NCBI RefSeq assembly: GCF_001194135.2
Contig: NC_068996.1
Coordinates: 39,233,669 to 39,297,668, forward strand
Direction of reading: 5' to 3'
DNA: 64,000 nucleotides
Source: Octopus bimaculoides
Lineage: Eukaryota
Positions within the stretch are counted from its first letter, which is position 1. Every line of letters begins with the position of its first letter. The notes under the pieces are model-generated. The model saw nothing but the letters and a program-made list of their open reading frames with translations, was not told where the DNA came from and ran no database searches. Made by a program: the position numbers and the translations under genes. Shown here one piece after another: positions 1 through 11,893 of the stretch.

Positions 1-136
1 ACATACACAAAGGTCTTTCTTTCAGTTTCTGTCTATCAAATCCACTCACAAGGCTTTGGTTGGCCCAAGGCTAAAGTAGAACTTGGAACCATGTGGTTGG
101 GAAGCAAGCTTCTTATCGCACAGCCATGCCTGCGCC
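1..136 (-). mobile_element. SINE family A head
   Basis: Reverse complement of 11461-11620. Confidence 0.85.
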
Positions 137-1408
137 ATAAATATGAAAGCAGATATGTTAAATCATAGGTTCTAAACTATTTTGACTATTGATCAGGTAT
201 AAAAAAAAAAACAAAAAAAACTTTTTGTTAGAAATCTAGGAAAAATAAACAAACAGAAAAGCACAGGTAAGGCTGAATATTTAAGAAGTTCCCATCCAGG
301 TGATCTTGTGTTCCATTGTATTGTGTAGCACCTCAGGAAAAAAAAATGTCTTCTACTGTAGGTCTAAGTCGACCAATTCCTTGTAAGCAAATTTGAATGA
401 ATGGGAACCGTGGACATGCAAAAGCCACAAGAACTGCTTCTTCCTCCAGACCCAGGAAGTAGAAAAAATAAGTAAATAAATAATATAATTGTTGTTCAAA
501 AATATATACCATAAAGTTACTAAAACAAATAATTTAAAAATTTATATTTTTGAGTGCTGCAGCATCAGATCTAAATTCTTGGTGGGTTGAGTCCAGAAAT
601 ATTTCTTAATCAAAACCTTCAATATACCATAGCCATTGGAAATAACAACACAAACATTATGGACCAACATGGTGTAGCCTTCATCCCTTTAGCATTTAAA
701 CCAACGATATCCATCCCAAATGTTCCAACTGACCAAATTGAGCCTCTCACACCACAATGCTATGATATAATGCATGGTTAATTCAAAATGATAAATAAGT
801 ATAACATTGGACAGAGTAAGCTGAATGCTAAAGGGTTAAATAGTCACCTAACATGTTAGAAATAGCAACTGAGTTTCTCTTACATCATACTATCAGCCTA
901 AAAAGAAATAAAAGAAGGACAGTTGATAATGTAGTCAGGAATACACTGCCAAGAAAAAAAAAAAAGGAAAAAGAAAAAGATAAAAAAGGAAGTTATGGAT
1001 GGAATGTCTTTGATCATAAATATTCTAAATGGGATTTGATTTGATTTGATGCTAAACAACAACAAAAACATGACACAGTAAACTTCCTATTTATATTTTA
1101 TTTTAGAGCATTTTTGTGTAACAATAATATCAGTTGTTACAGGTTTTAAGCAAGCCAATCACTGGTTCACTGAATTTCTGATGGAGAGAATGACAAGTTG
1201 GGAGGAGTGTCTGTGTGTCTGTACATCTTGAGCAAACAGATACCCATAACAATATCAAACTTGAAGCTTATTAAGAAACAAACTGATAATTGAATTTGAG
1301 TTGTCTTATCACAAACATCATAATAATCTTGATAGTTGTAAAAAAAGGTACCACAAAAATTTGAGAGGTCAGCATTTTAATTTATTTTGATTGCTTTTCC
1401 ATTTTATT

Positions 1409-1636
1409 TTAACCCTTTAGCATTTAAACTGGCCATATCTAGCCTAAATATTATACTTGCTTTATGTACAGACTGACCATATTCCACCTCTTACACCTAC
1501 CCTACAATGTCATACTAAAAATAAACAAGCACATCGTTGAAATCTCAAAACTATGAGGTAATGCATGATTAATTCAAAACAATGGGAATAAATAAGGATT
1601 ACATCCGACAGAATAATTTGAATTCTGAAGGGTTAA
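1409..1636. mobile_element. piggyBac-type MITE family D
   Basis: TTAACCCTTTAGCATT...AGGGTTAA termini; further copies at about 683-840, 6215-6300, 8650-9093, 11382-12170, 13835-15243, 26307-26534, 54755-54800. Confidence 0.8.
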
Positions 1637-1659
1637 AATAAAATAAAAACAAAAAATAA

Positions 1660-1905
1660 AGGTTTCCTTTTTGAGCCATGCCAGGCTCATTAGGGCTAGT
1701 TTCCCTGTTTCATGGCATATATATTCCCCATCTGGACGAGACACAGATCCATTGCAGGATTACTCATTTTTGCCAGCTGAGTGGACTGGAGCAATGTGAA
1801 ATGAAGTGTCTTGCTCAAGGACACAATGCATCGTCCAGTCTAGGGATCAAAACCATTATCTTACAATCAAGAGTCCAACACCCTAACCATTAAGCCATGC
1901 ATCTC
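1660..1905 (-). mobile_element. tRNA-head SINE family C
   Basis: ctggagcaatgtgaaatgaagtgtcttgctcaagg core; related copies at 4480-4680, 15425-15720, 16412-16620, 25722-26065, 36990-37310, 45210-45530, 47940-48255. Confidence 0.85.
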
Positions 1906-3695
1906 CACAAATGGTTAAAATACCCATAACTATGTCAAACTTGAAGGTTAATAATTGAATTTAGTTGTCATATTGAAAACTCTTGTTATAATTGTAATAG
2001 TTGTAAAACAGGTACCACGCCAATTTGTGAGGTCAGCATTTTAAATTTATTTTGAACTGCTTTTCCATTTTATTTTAAAATACTCATAACAATATCAAAC
2101 TTGAAGCTTACGTAAGAAACAAACTCGAAGGTTAATAATTGAGTTCAGGTGTCTTACAAAGCTTTTTATCTGTATAATTACACTTTGTAAAGTGGTTGGT
2201 GTTAAGGACATGCAGTTGTAGAAACCATGCCAAAACTGACAATCAGAGCCTAGTGCAGCTCTCTGGGTCTGTCAGCTCCTGTCAAACTGTCTAACCCATG
2301 CCAGCATAGAAAATAGATGTTAATGATGATTTACAGAAAAAAAAAAAAAAGATATTAATTGGGGTGGGATAAAAGGTAATTTCAATGAGTTTTACATCTG
2401 CTGACCAGTCAACTGTGAAGTTAAGAGTAGTTAGAAATAGGTATCAATACAATAGTAGACTTGTGTTAAACAAAGCGTTGTGTCAAACATTGAGAACACC
2501 AAACAAAGACAACAAAATCTCAGTCAATCACTTTATGACAAACACACACACAGTTGTTTAGTTTTCATCTTCAGGTTTGAATACACAGAGATCTATAACC
2601 AATGGCAGGACAGCTACGATCATCTTGTCAGTTTTTTTTATTTTTTACTGTGCAATGTGTATCTCTGATTTCATTATCCAATGTATCCATTATTTTTGTT
2701 TTGTAGATCCTGGGTTTTAGTTGGAAGGATATTTGGCTGCTATTTCTAGGAGTTTGAGCAACCATGTAGGAAGCACCTTTGTAGGTGGTTAATTAACCCT
2801 CGTGGCTGGCACCTTGGCTAAGTATTTTCAGCTATAGACTTAGGCTCACCAAAGCCTTGCAAGTGGTGTTATTATGCCCCTGTAACTTAGCGATTTGGCA
2901 AAACAAACAAGTAGAATAAGCATCGGGCTTTAGAAAATTAGAAAAGAAAAAAAAAAATTCCTGGGGTTGATTCATTTGACTAAAAATTCTGCAAGGTGCT
3001 GCCACAAGAAAAAGATAAAAAGATAAAGAAAAAAATGAAGTTATCTCTCTCTCTATCTCTCGCCCTCCCCCCATCTCTCCACTCGAGGAGGTGTAATTGC
3101 AGTTTGTTATGGCATGAGAGTGAATTAGAGGTTTATTGCCAAGAATGTGATGACATAACAGTTCTATAATAGTAATGATATTACTATTATCATTTTTACA
3201 GTCATAAAGATCATCAACTTATGCTCTAAAAAACATTAGTGAGGTCAAAATATCTAAAGAAATGCTTGATTTTCTAGCTAAGCAAATTAATAATGTCTTT
3301 ATGATGATGATGATGATGATCGTTCATAGAAAAATTGTTTTTTCTTTTCCCACAAACGTACAAACTGGTGAAAACTTGTTTTTCCTCCCTCTCTTTTCAA
3401 GGTATACATGCACCCATACAAGTCAATTGTTTAGCATAAAAAAAAAAATGTAGGTAGGTTGATGAAAATAAAATCCTGCTTATTTTTTTTTCTTTTGTTG
3501 CTCTTGTTTTTCATATTGAAATATTCGTTTTTGAAAGACTATCCTTCAAGCCATCTTTACCTTCTGCATTTTTTTTTATGTGAAATAAATAGACAAGATT
3601 ATCATGTCCTCATTAAAATTTTTTCAAATTTTTGTGCATAGAAGCAGTGCAAAGTTTGTCATGAGGTGTCTAGTTTGCATATGGATGGATAACTG

Positions 3696-3743
<48 letters not shown>

Positions 3744-5149
3744 GCATGTGTATGCGTATGCATGTTAGTCTGTGTGCATGTCAGTGCATGAAGCATGCAT
3801 CAGTGCATGTGTGTGTGCATGTGCTTGTGCCAGTGTGCGTGTGTGTGTGTGTGTTAATGTTAAGGAAGGGCAAGTGCTGAATGGTATCATTTGCACATAA
3901 GTGAAAGCAAGTAGGTCATTAATATGCAAGAAATTGGGGCATGGGGCTTGGGGTACATAGCTAAACTCTTCCGTCCTTGAGTTTTCAACTCTTGGAAACA
4001 TAAAGGAACTGTATAATGACAATTAGCATACAATTTGCATTTTAAACCCAGCAAAATCCATCTTTCTTCAGGTCTGGTAACAGCCATTTTCTTTTGGCAG
4101 GGAAAGAGAATGAAAGAGAGGGAGAAAAAGAAAAATCGGCATCATTATAAGAATGGTACTTTACTAACTCTGAAGGAATGAAAGACCAAGTTGACTTTGA
4201 TAGGAGTTGAACACGGAACAGAGAGTTGCAACTAATACTACAAGACATTCTAGGTGGCTCTCTAACAACTCTGCCAAGTTACTGCTTAACTGAACCTTGG
4301 AACATACTAAAGCTGATAGATTTTTTAATAAAAAATAAAGTTGTATCGATATCATCATCATCATCATCATCATCGTTTAACGTCCGGTCTCCCATGCAAT
4401 AATATTGTAATCAAGCGGGAAGCTTTTAATCAAAGATCTAAGCGATATATAGCTAGTCTACATCACTCTGTAAAGAGAATAAGGATCAGTTTCCTGGTTT
4501 CTCTGGAATATATATTCCTCCCTGGATAGGATGCTGATCCGTTGAATCAACTTAAGGAACTGGGGCAATGTGAAATGAAGTGTTTTGCTCAAGAACACAA
4601 TTTACAGCCTGGTCCAGGAATCGAAGCTACAGTCTTATGATCATGAGTCCAACATCCTAACCACTAAGCCACGTGTCTCTACAGTTATAGATGAGGTGCT
4701 TAAATAAGAGGTTCTCAGGCCAAATACAGGAAACAACTTTGCTTAATGGCAAAAGCAATGATATCATTGCTTTCACCAAACTTCTATCGAAGCCCTGCTA
4801 TTGATATCACATACTAGTGCACAAGTACAGGAATGAGGTTTGCTTATGGTGGTGTAAACCCAGGTCCAAAATTTTTTGTAAAAGGTTGAGTTTTTTTTTC
4901 CAGTCTTAATATCAAAACAAACAAGTATAATAGTAATAATAATAATCCTTTCTATTGGAAGCACAAGGCCTTGGGGGAAGGGATTAAGTCGATTACATTG
5001 ACCCCAATCATCATCATCATCGTTTAATGTTCGCTTTCCATGCTGAACCAGTGCCATCATTTTTGTGAAAGGTGGGTTTGAGAATGAAGAGCAGCTGAGA
5101 ACATTGAACTCACTAAGGACGATGATGATGAGATTTATGTGTATATATA

Positions 5150-5480
5150 TATCATCATCATCATCATTATCATTTAATGTCCGTTTTCCATGCTAGCATG
5201 GGTTGGACGATTTGACTGGAGACTGGCGAACCAGATGGCTGCACCAGGCTCCAATCTGATCTGGCAGAGTTTCTACAGTTGGATGCCCTTCCTAATGCCA
5301 ACCACTCCAAGAGTTTAGTGGGTGCTTTTTACGTGCCACCTGCACAGGAGTCAGTCCAATGTTTTGTTCACATGCCACCGGCACAAGTGCCAGTAAGGCG
5401 AATCTGGAAACGATCACGCTCAAATGGTGCTTTTTTACGTGCCACTGGCACGAAAGCGAGACCACTGCTTTGGCAGTGAT
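5150..5480 (-). mobile_element. RTE LINE 3' tail copy
   Basis: catcatcat...gttttccatgctagcatgggttgg...ggatgcccttcctaatgccaaccac. Confidence 0.85.
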
Positions 5481-5774
5481 CCTGCATATATATATATATA
5501 TATAGATAGATAGATATATAGATAGATAGATAGATAGATAGAGAGAATCAGAGAGAGCAGACTTGTTTAGAAGATTAAGAATTGACAAATTTGAATCAAA
5601 GCAAATGTAAATCTTTGCGGGTGGAAGAGGTGAGTTTAGGAGAGGCCAGACTCTACACTCATGCAGATATTTCATCAGAATGCTGGAACGATGAGTGCAG
5701 TTTGGACATCAGAGATAGACTATAATAAAAGGACAGGAGATCTTTGTCTGGAGAAGACCATGTGTGGAAGTGTT

Positions 5775-5980
5775 TTTTTTTTTAGCCCTAGGTCAGTCTT
5801 TAGACTGAGCAGGTATATGATCAAAGTCATTCCAGATATAATCATCCCATCTTTCTTTCTAGACAATACTATGTCTAATGTGTTCTTTGTCTTTTTTTTT
5901 TAAATAGCAGAATATTGTTTCAGGGAGATTTAGTTGCTATTTCTAACAATTGAGTAACCATAATGAAGCTGTCTCATTGG
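5775..5980 (+). repeat. Unclassified interspersed repeat family F
   Basis: atgatcaaag-cattccag ... gatttggctgctatttctag core; copies at about 850-1060, 2715-2790, 6300-6470, 12195-12290, 12890-12970, 20985-21430, 28465-28640, 31030-31210, 36600-36900, 61920-62110. Confidence 0.7.
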
Positions 5981-6499
5981 TTTGTGTCACTGTTGTTGTT
6001 GATTAGGACCAGGTTGACCTTTATTCATATGTGTGATAAGAGCTTTGGTTTAAGTGTAGAGTGTATCTAAAAACCTAGGATGTGCACATTTGCTCAGGTG
6101 ACTAAGAGGATAGGGAAGAGAGCCCTGCCTTCTCAGAACATCAAGCCCCTTGAATACCTTCCCTGGTCAGGTCTTTCCTGCAGGTGTTGACTTACAAATG
6201 TTTAACAGGTACATTAACTCTTTAGCATTCAAGTTTCTCTGTCAAATGTAATGCTTATTTATTCATATTGGTTTGAATCAATCATGTATTATTTCATATT
6301 ATCTCAAGAGAATTCTGTCCAGCCATGGCAATCATGTCTTATTCCTCTTTGCAAGAAACCCAGGATTGCATTATCCAATATGTTATTAAAGTGACAGAGT
6401 GATTTGAAGGAGATTTAGCTGCTATTTATAGCAGGTTGAACAACTACAGAAGCTCACTTGTTGGCCCATGTTCATTTGTGTAACAACTAGTGGTAAGAG

Positions 6500-6945
6500 A
6501 GCAGCAAATTGGCAGGACAGTTAGCGTGTCAGGTAAAATGCTTAGCAGTATTTCATTTGTCTTTATGTTCTGAGTTCAAATTCCACAGAGGTCGACTTTG
6601 CCTTCCATCCATTTGGGTTTGATAAAACAAGTACCAATTGAGTACTGGAGTCCATATAATTGACTTATCCCTCCCCCGAAATTGCTGGCCTTGTGCTAAA
6701 ATTTGAAATTATTATTAAGTGGTGAGATGGCAGTGAACTGGCAGAATCAATAGCAAGCTGGACAAAATGCTTTGTGGCATGTCCTCTGACTTTAAGTTCT
6801 GAGTTCAAATTCTGCCAAAGCTGACTTCATCTTTCAGCCTTTCAGAGCAATAAAATAGAAGTACCAATGCAGCACTGGGGTTAATGTAATTGACACCCTC
6901 CACCCTTCAGAACCTCAGACCTTGTGCCTATGGTAGAAAGGATTA
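6500..6945 (+). mobile_element. Two tandem SINE family E copies with a conserved central domain
   Basis: gagttcaaattcc B-box, then gtcgactttgccttccatcc...gataaaacaagtacc, resembling the conserved cores of widespread animal SINE superfamilies (exact superfamily not assigned). Confidence 0.8.
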
Positions 6946-7289
6946 TCAAAAAGTGAGAAATAGGGGTTCAAACTGGAATGCAGTTCATGAATGCAAAGAC
7001 TGGAAGATTTTTCATCAGTCTAGTGCTGCATATTTATGTATTGGTGAGGCAGGTGGAATGGAGAAAGAGAGAGAACTAGTGAAGTATATGAGCGTGTTTA
7101 TGTTCAAGAAAACAAGAGTACACTCCCAGAGAAAAATAAGATGTGGTGGTCAGCTGTCAGGTAGTTTCTGACAAACTGGACTTCAAGCAGCCTCCTGCAC
7201 TTGGTAGGCAAGACCCAATCATATTTGGTCAGCTATGTCAATGGAACTAACCCATTCACAGTGGGCAGTATGTACCCTCATTGGGAATG

Positions 7290-7660
7290 GGCCAACCAAA
7301 GCCTTGTGAGTGGATTTGGTAAGACAGAAACTGAAAGAAGCATGTTGCATATATATATATATATATATATACCCACATGTATGTGTGTGTGTGTGTGTGT
7401 GTGTGTTTGTTCAACACACCACCACCACTTGACAACCAGTGTTGGTGTGTTTGCATCCCTGTAACTTAGCAGTTCAGCAAAAAGAGACTGATAGCTTCAG
7501 AATAGAACAGATTGGCTTTAATAATAATAATAATAATAATAACAACAACAACAATTAAAAAAAAAAACTAGGGTAGATTTGTTTGATTAAACCCTATAAA
7601 ATGGTGCTCCAGCATGGCCACAGTCAAAAGACTGAAACAAGTATCAGATAAAAGATGAAA
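7290..7660 (+). mobile_element. SINE family A, 5'-partial
   Basis: Homology to 11575-11890. Confidence 0.85.
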
Positions 7661-7754
7661 CTAAATAAACGTTGCATTGTAAACTTCAGGCTGTGATTAG
7701 ATTGAAATGCCTTCTTCAAGGTAGCACACCCTTACTCTAATTTGGATATTCATG

Positions 7755-7900
7755 TTGATGTTAGGAAGAACATCCAGCCATAAAAACCCATGCCAAAACA
7801 GACAGTGAAGCCTGGTGCAGTCTTCTGGCTTGCCAGCGCCTGACAAATCATCAAACACATGCCAGCATGGAAAATAGATGTTAAATAATGATGATGATGA
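7755..7900 (+). mobile_element. RTE LINE 3' tail copy
   Basis: ttaggaagaacatccagc...catgccagcatggaaaatagatgttaaataatgatgat. Confidence 0.75.
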
Positions 7901-8649
7901 TGGTATTGGGGTAGGTGAAAGTTAGTTTCTTTTCACCTTCTCAAATAGTGTTACGGTGATAATAGAGACTCAAGTCTTTGTATAGTTCTTCTGAAATTTC
8001 TCATGATGGGGGTACTGCTGTACAAAAGGTCAACAGGAGAAACTGGCTTGGCCAATTTGACCTAGTTATAATGCTATTATGTATGTCCCGCAATTGTTCA
8101 CAATGCTCACATATTGCATCTTACAAATTAGAAGTCATCTAAATTACAAATGAAGATATTTCCCACACAAACTTGTTTATCAAATTAAGCCCAAAGACAC
8201 ACACACACACCTGTAATCATTTCACTGTATACATACACACACTTGGAAATACACATGTACACGGGTATACATTATCACCTGTAACCACACACACACACAC
8301 ACATACATATCTGAAAACACACACATAATGCATATGGATGATGGGTTGAATGAATAGGTGCTGAGAAATGAAATATGACAAGCCAGGTACATTGAAAATA
8401 AGAAAAACAGGAATATGTAATTAGACAAAGCATTAGAAAACAGTATTCCCAAATATAATGGAGTGGCTGAGGGGTGACTGTGAATATGAAGTTGGATAGA
8501 GATAACTAAAACCAGCTTGTAAAAAAGAATTATGTTTAATTGACTGGGATAACAATGGTATGTGTATACCAGGCTATCAGCAAATAGATAATTTGAAGAA
8601 ATACAACAATTCAATAGAATACTCAATGTTATACAGACTGAAAATAGAA

Positions 8650-9093
8650 GTTTAAATCCTTTAGTATTTAAATAGGTGAAATCCAGCTCAAATATTCTAC
8701 ATGGTTTTACATTCAAACCAACCAGATCCTGCCTTTCACACCAACCATACAATGTTATTCTAAAACTAAACAATCATATCATTGAAATCTCAAATTTATG
8801 AGATAAAGCTTGATCAATTCAAAACAATGTGAATAAATAAGCATTACATTTGATAGAGTGATTTGAATGCTTAAAAGGTTAAATCAGCCGTATTTAGCCC
8901 AAATATTCAACCTATTTTATGTTCGAACTGACCAGATCTGCCTTCTGACACCCACCCCACAATGTTATTCTAAAAAAATAATCAATCACACCATTGAAAT
9001 CTCCAAAGTTATGAGATAATGCATGATTAATTGAAAACAATGTGAATAAATAAGCATCACATTCGACAGAATTATCTGAATGCTAAAAGATTA
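8650..9093. mobile_element. Two tandem MITE family D copies
   Basis: Two consecutive units ending aatgctta/ctaaaag-ttaa. Confidence 0.75.
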
Positions 9094-9486
9094 AAAAAAC
9101 TATGATTATTTCAACAATGTTGCATAAGAAAAGATAAATGAGAGAAGAAAGGGTGACTTTCATTGTAACGTTGGTTGGTTGTAATTCATAAGTTGAAAAA
9201 TACACACACACACACACACACAGACATTTCCATTTTGGCCATGGAAGTAGTGTTAGTTATAAAAATTGTATTGGCATAGAGCTTGATAGTTCATGTTCTA
9301 TTTCTGGTACCACAGTGAGTTCTTGAAAGATGCACTTAACAGCACTTAATAATCCAACTCAGATGAACCTGCAATGGTCTAAAATTGTGCAAAAGCGAGA
9401 GAGAGAGAGAAAAAGAGGTTTCTTCCACAGCTATTGAGCAGTATAATATCTTTAAAATACTACATTGATTTCTGTAATAGTTAAAC

Positions 9487-9637
9487 AGGTGCAGGCATGG
9501 CACGAAATATGCTTCTGGACTGTACAGTTCCGAGATTGGTTCCACTACTTGGCACCTTGCATAAGTGTCTTGTGCTACAGCTCCAAGCCGACCAAAGCTT
9601 TATGAGTAAATTTGGTGGACGGAAATGGAAAGAAGTC

Positions 9638-9680
<43 letters not shown>

Positions 9681-9935
9681 ATGTGTGTGTGTGTGTTACT
9701 GTCTCTTTATCTTGACATCATGTGATAGTTCCAAGTGAATACCATTATGCAAGCAGTATCCTTTTGTTTCCAATCACTCATGAAAACATGTCTTATCACA
9801 GGGGAATATTACTTCACTTGGAAACAGGTGAGGGTTGGTGAGAGGAAGGGCATCCAACTGTAGAAAATCTGTCTCCACAAATTCCATCTGACCCATGCAA
9901 GCATGGAAAAGTGAACACTAAAGTGACAATGATAA
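9487..9935 (+). mobile_element. SINE family A head with an alternative body and RTE-like 3' tail
   Basis: Head as 11461; ends ggaagggcatccaactgtagaaa...acccatgcaagcatggaaaa; same body at about 35570-35760 and 57790-57990 (minus). Confidence 0.75.
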
Positions 9936-10271
9936 ACAACCCTACTGGATTAAAATATACTATATATGAAGTTATTAATTCATAACTATATTGTATTTTT
10001 TTTCTTAATTAGAAATGAAATCTAAGATATATCTTTTTGTTTTTTTGATAAGCAAAAATTTCTACCCTTGATTATGAAAATTGAATAAAATGATTAAATC
10101 ACATTTTATTTCTTCATGAGCAGAAAAAAGTGTGCTTTGTTGACTAGTTTTTAGTTAATTTGATCTCCGTCAGAGAAGGAATACAGATCTTTTGTTCAGA
10201 GATTAAGGGCTTGCAGTTATTTTTAGTATACACAAATTGGGACTATATTACACAAATCAAACTAAATGTAT

Positions 10272-10312
<41 letters not shown>

Positions 10313-10420
10313 TTAAAATAAGTATGAGGAGATAAGTGAAAGTAAAGTGATTGAGTTAAAATAAGTGAAAGTATAGTGATTGAGTTAAAACTGTTGTTGA
10401 GATAACTGAAGTATACTTAC

Positions 10421-10490
10421 TATTCATTTGTAGCATCCTCAAGAGTGTTACCATTTACACTAAGCAGCTGGTCACCAACTTTCAGCTGAC
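10421..10490 (-). CDS. STXBP4: Coding exon 4 (70 nt): (G)QLKVGDQLLSVNGNTLEDATNE(Y), PDZ C-terminal half
   Basis: Acceptor tttttctaatttcacAG, donor |GTAAGT; phase 1 to phase 2; L.VGDQLLSVNG PDZ motif. The D/N-C-x-x-G-x-G start and TNE-x motif resemble the extra N-terminal PDZ1 of long STXBP4 isoforms as I recall it; the symbol is tentative (about 0.6). Confidence 0.95.
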
Positions 10491-10561
10491 CTGTGAAATT
10501 AGAAAAAGACATTAAAAAAATGAGTGGAGAATATTGAATGTTCACAGGAATGCCTACTACA

Positions 10562-11150
10562 AATCATTTAATGTCAGTTTTCCATGCTCGCAAGCANNNN
10601 NNNNNNNNNNNNNNNNNNNNNNNNNNNNNNNNNNNNNNNNNNNNNNNNNNNNNNNNNNNNNNNNNNNNNNNNNNNNNNNNNNNNNNNNNNNNNNNNNNNN
10701 NNNNNNNNNNNNNNNNNNNNNNNNNNNNNNNNNNNNNNNNNNNNNNNNNNNNNNNNNNNNNNNNNNNNNNNNNNNNNNNNNNNNNNNNNNNNNNNNNNNN
10801 NNNNNNNNNNNNNNNNNNNNNNNNNNNNNNNNNNNNNNNNNNNNNNNNNNNNNNNNNNNNNNNNNNNNNNNNNNNNNNNNNNNNNNNNNNNNNNNNNNNN
10901 NNNNNTCCCATAGCTGGATGCCCTTCCTAGTGCCAACCACTTTATAGTGTGTGCTGAGTGCTAGAGTTGGCAAGCTAGAGAGCTGCACCAGGTTCCAGTC
11001 TGATTTGGCCTGGTTTCTACAGCTGGATGCCCTTCCTAATGCCAACCACTTTACAGAGTGTAATGGGTGCTTTTTACATGGCACCAGCATTAGTGGTTTT
11101 TCATGTGGAGCCATTGCCAGAGCCTTTTACATGGCACCAGCACCAGTGCA
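10562..11150 (-). mobile_element. RTE LINE 3' tail copies around an N-gap
   Basis: Shared terminal module on both sides of gap 10597-10905. Confidence 0.75.
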
Positions 11151-11458
11151 TATTTAAGTTACAAAAATAATGATTTTTTTTTTCTTTTACACTATCACCC
11201 TGCCACAAATTTCTATTCAGATGCAAGTATGACTGTATGATAAAACAGCTCATGTATTGATGTGGTCTGGGTTTAATCATCTTGCCTGGCATTATGAGCA
11301 AGTGATTTCAGCCATAGCCTTATGAGGAAATTTTGCTAAAGAGAAACTGCATGGAACCCTTCCAAACCTCAGTGGAATACTTAACCCTTTAGCATTCAGA
11401 TCACTCTGTCAAATTTAATACTAATTTATTCACAGGGTTTTGAATTAATCACACATGA

Positions 11459-11632
11459 TCAGGCACAGGAGTGGGTGTGTAGTAAGTAGCTTGCTTAAGA
11501 AAAACATAGTTCCGGGTTCAGTCCCACTGTGTGGCACTTTGGGCAAGTGTCTTCTACTATAGCCTCGGGCCGACCAAAGCCTTGTGAGTGGATTTGGTAG
11601 ACGGAAACTGAAAGAAGCCCGTTGTATATATG

Positions 11633-11722
<90 letters not shown>

Positions 11723-11893
11723 TCCCCAACATCGCTTGACAACTGATGGTGGTGTGTTTATGTCCCCGTAACTTAGCGGTTCAGCAAAAGAGACCAATAG
11801 AATAAGTACTAGGCTTACTGGGGTCGATTTGTTCGACTAAAGGCGGTGCTCCAACATGGCCACAGTCAAATGACTGAAACAAGTAAAAGAGTA
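11459..11893 (+). mobile_element. tRNA-head SINE family A (internal microsatellite), best-preserved copy
   Basis: A-box-like gagtgggtgtgtagtaag, B-box ggttcagtccc, (GT)n core, 3' actgaaacaagtaaaagag; about 20 related copies in the window. Confidence 0.92.
11641..11720. repeat. (GT)n microsatellite inside a SINE
   Basis: Direct. Confidence 0.98.

Noticed and set aside
2390-2412. Strong minus-strand acceptor (ctaactactcttaacttcacAG)
   Set aside because: Joined to exon 4 it gives Y-stop immediately and there is no good donor; treated as a chance motif
8222-8773. 183-aa hydrophobic ORF
   Set aside because: Non-ATG start in a MITE, ends in a microsatellite; composition reflects T-rich DNA
9250-9345. 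Possible continuation exon (Y)AVKCIFQELTVV after exon 4
   Set aside because: Weak acceptor with no adjacent pyrimidine tract, no convincing donor, and no resemblance to the expected last PDZ helix/strand. No convincing next exon was found in 1-10420
11461-11540. tRNA-like A/B-box sequences
   Set aside because: They are SINE heads and do not form a complete cloverleaf; no tRNA gene is called
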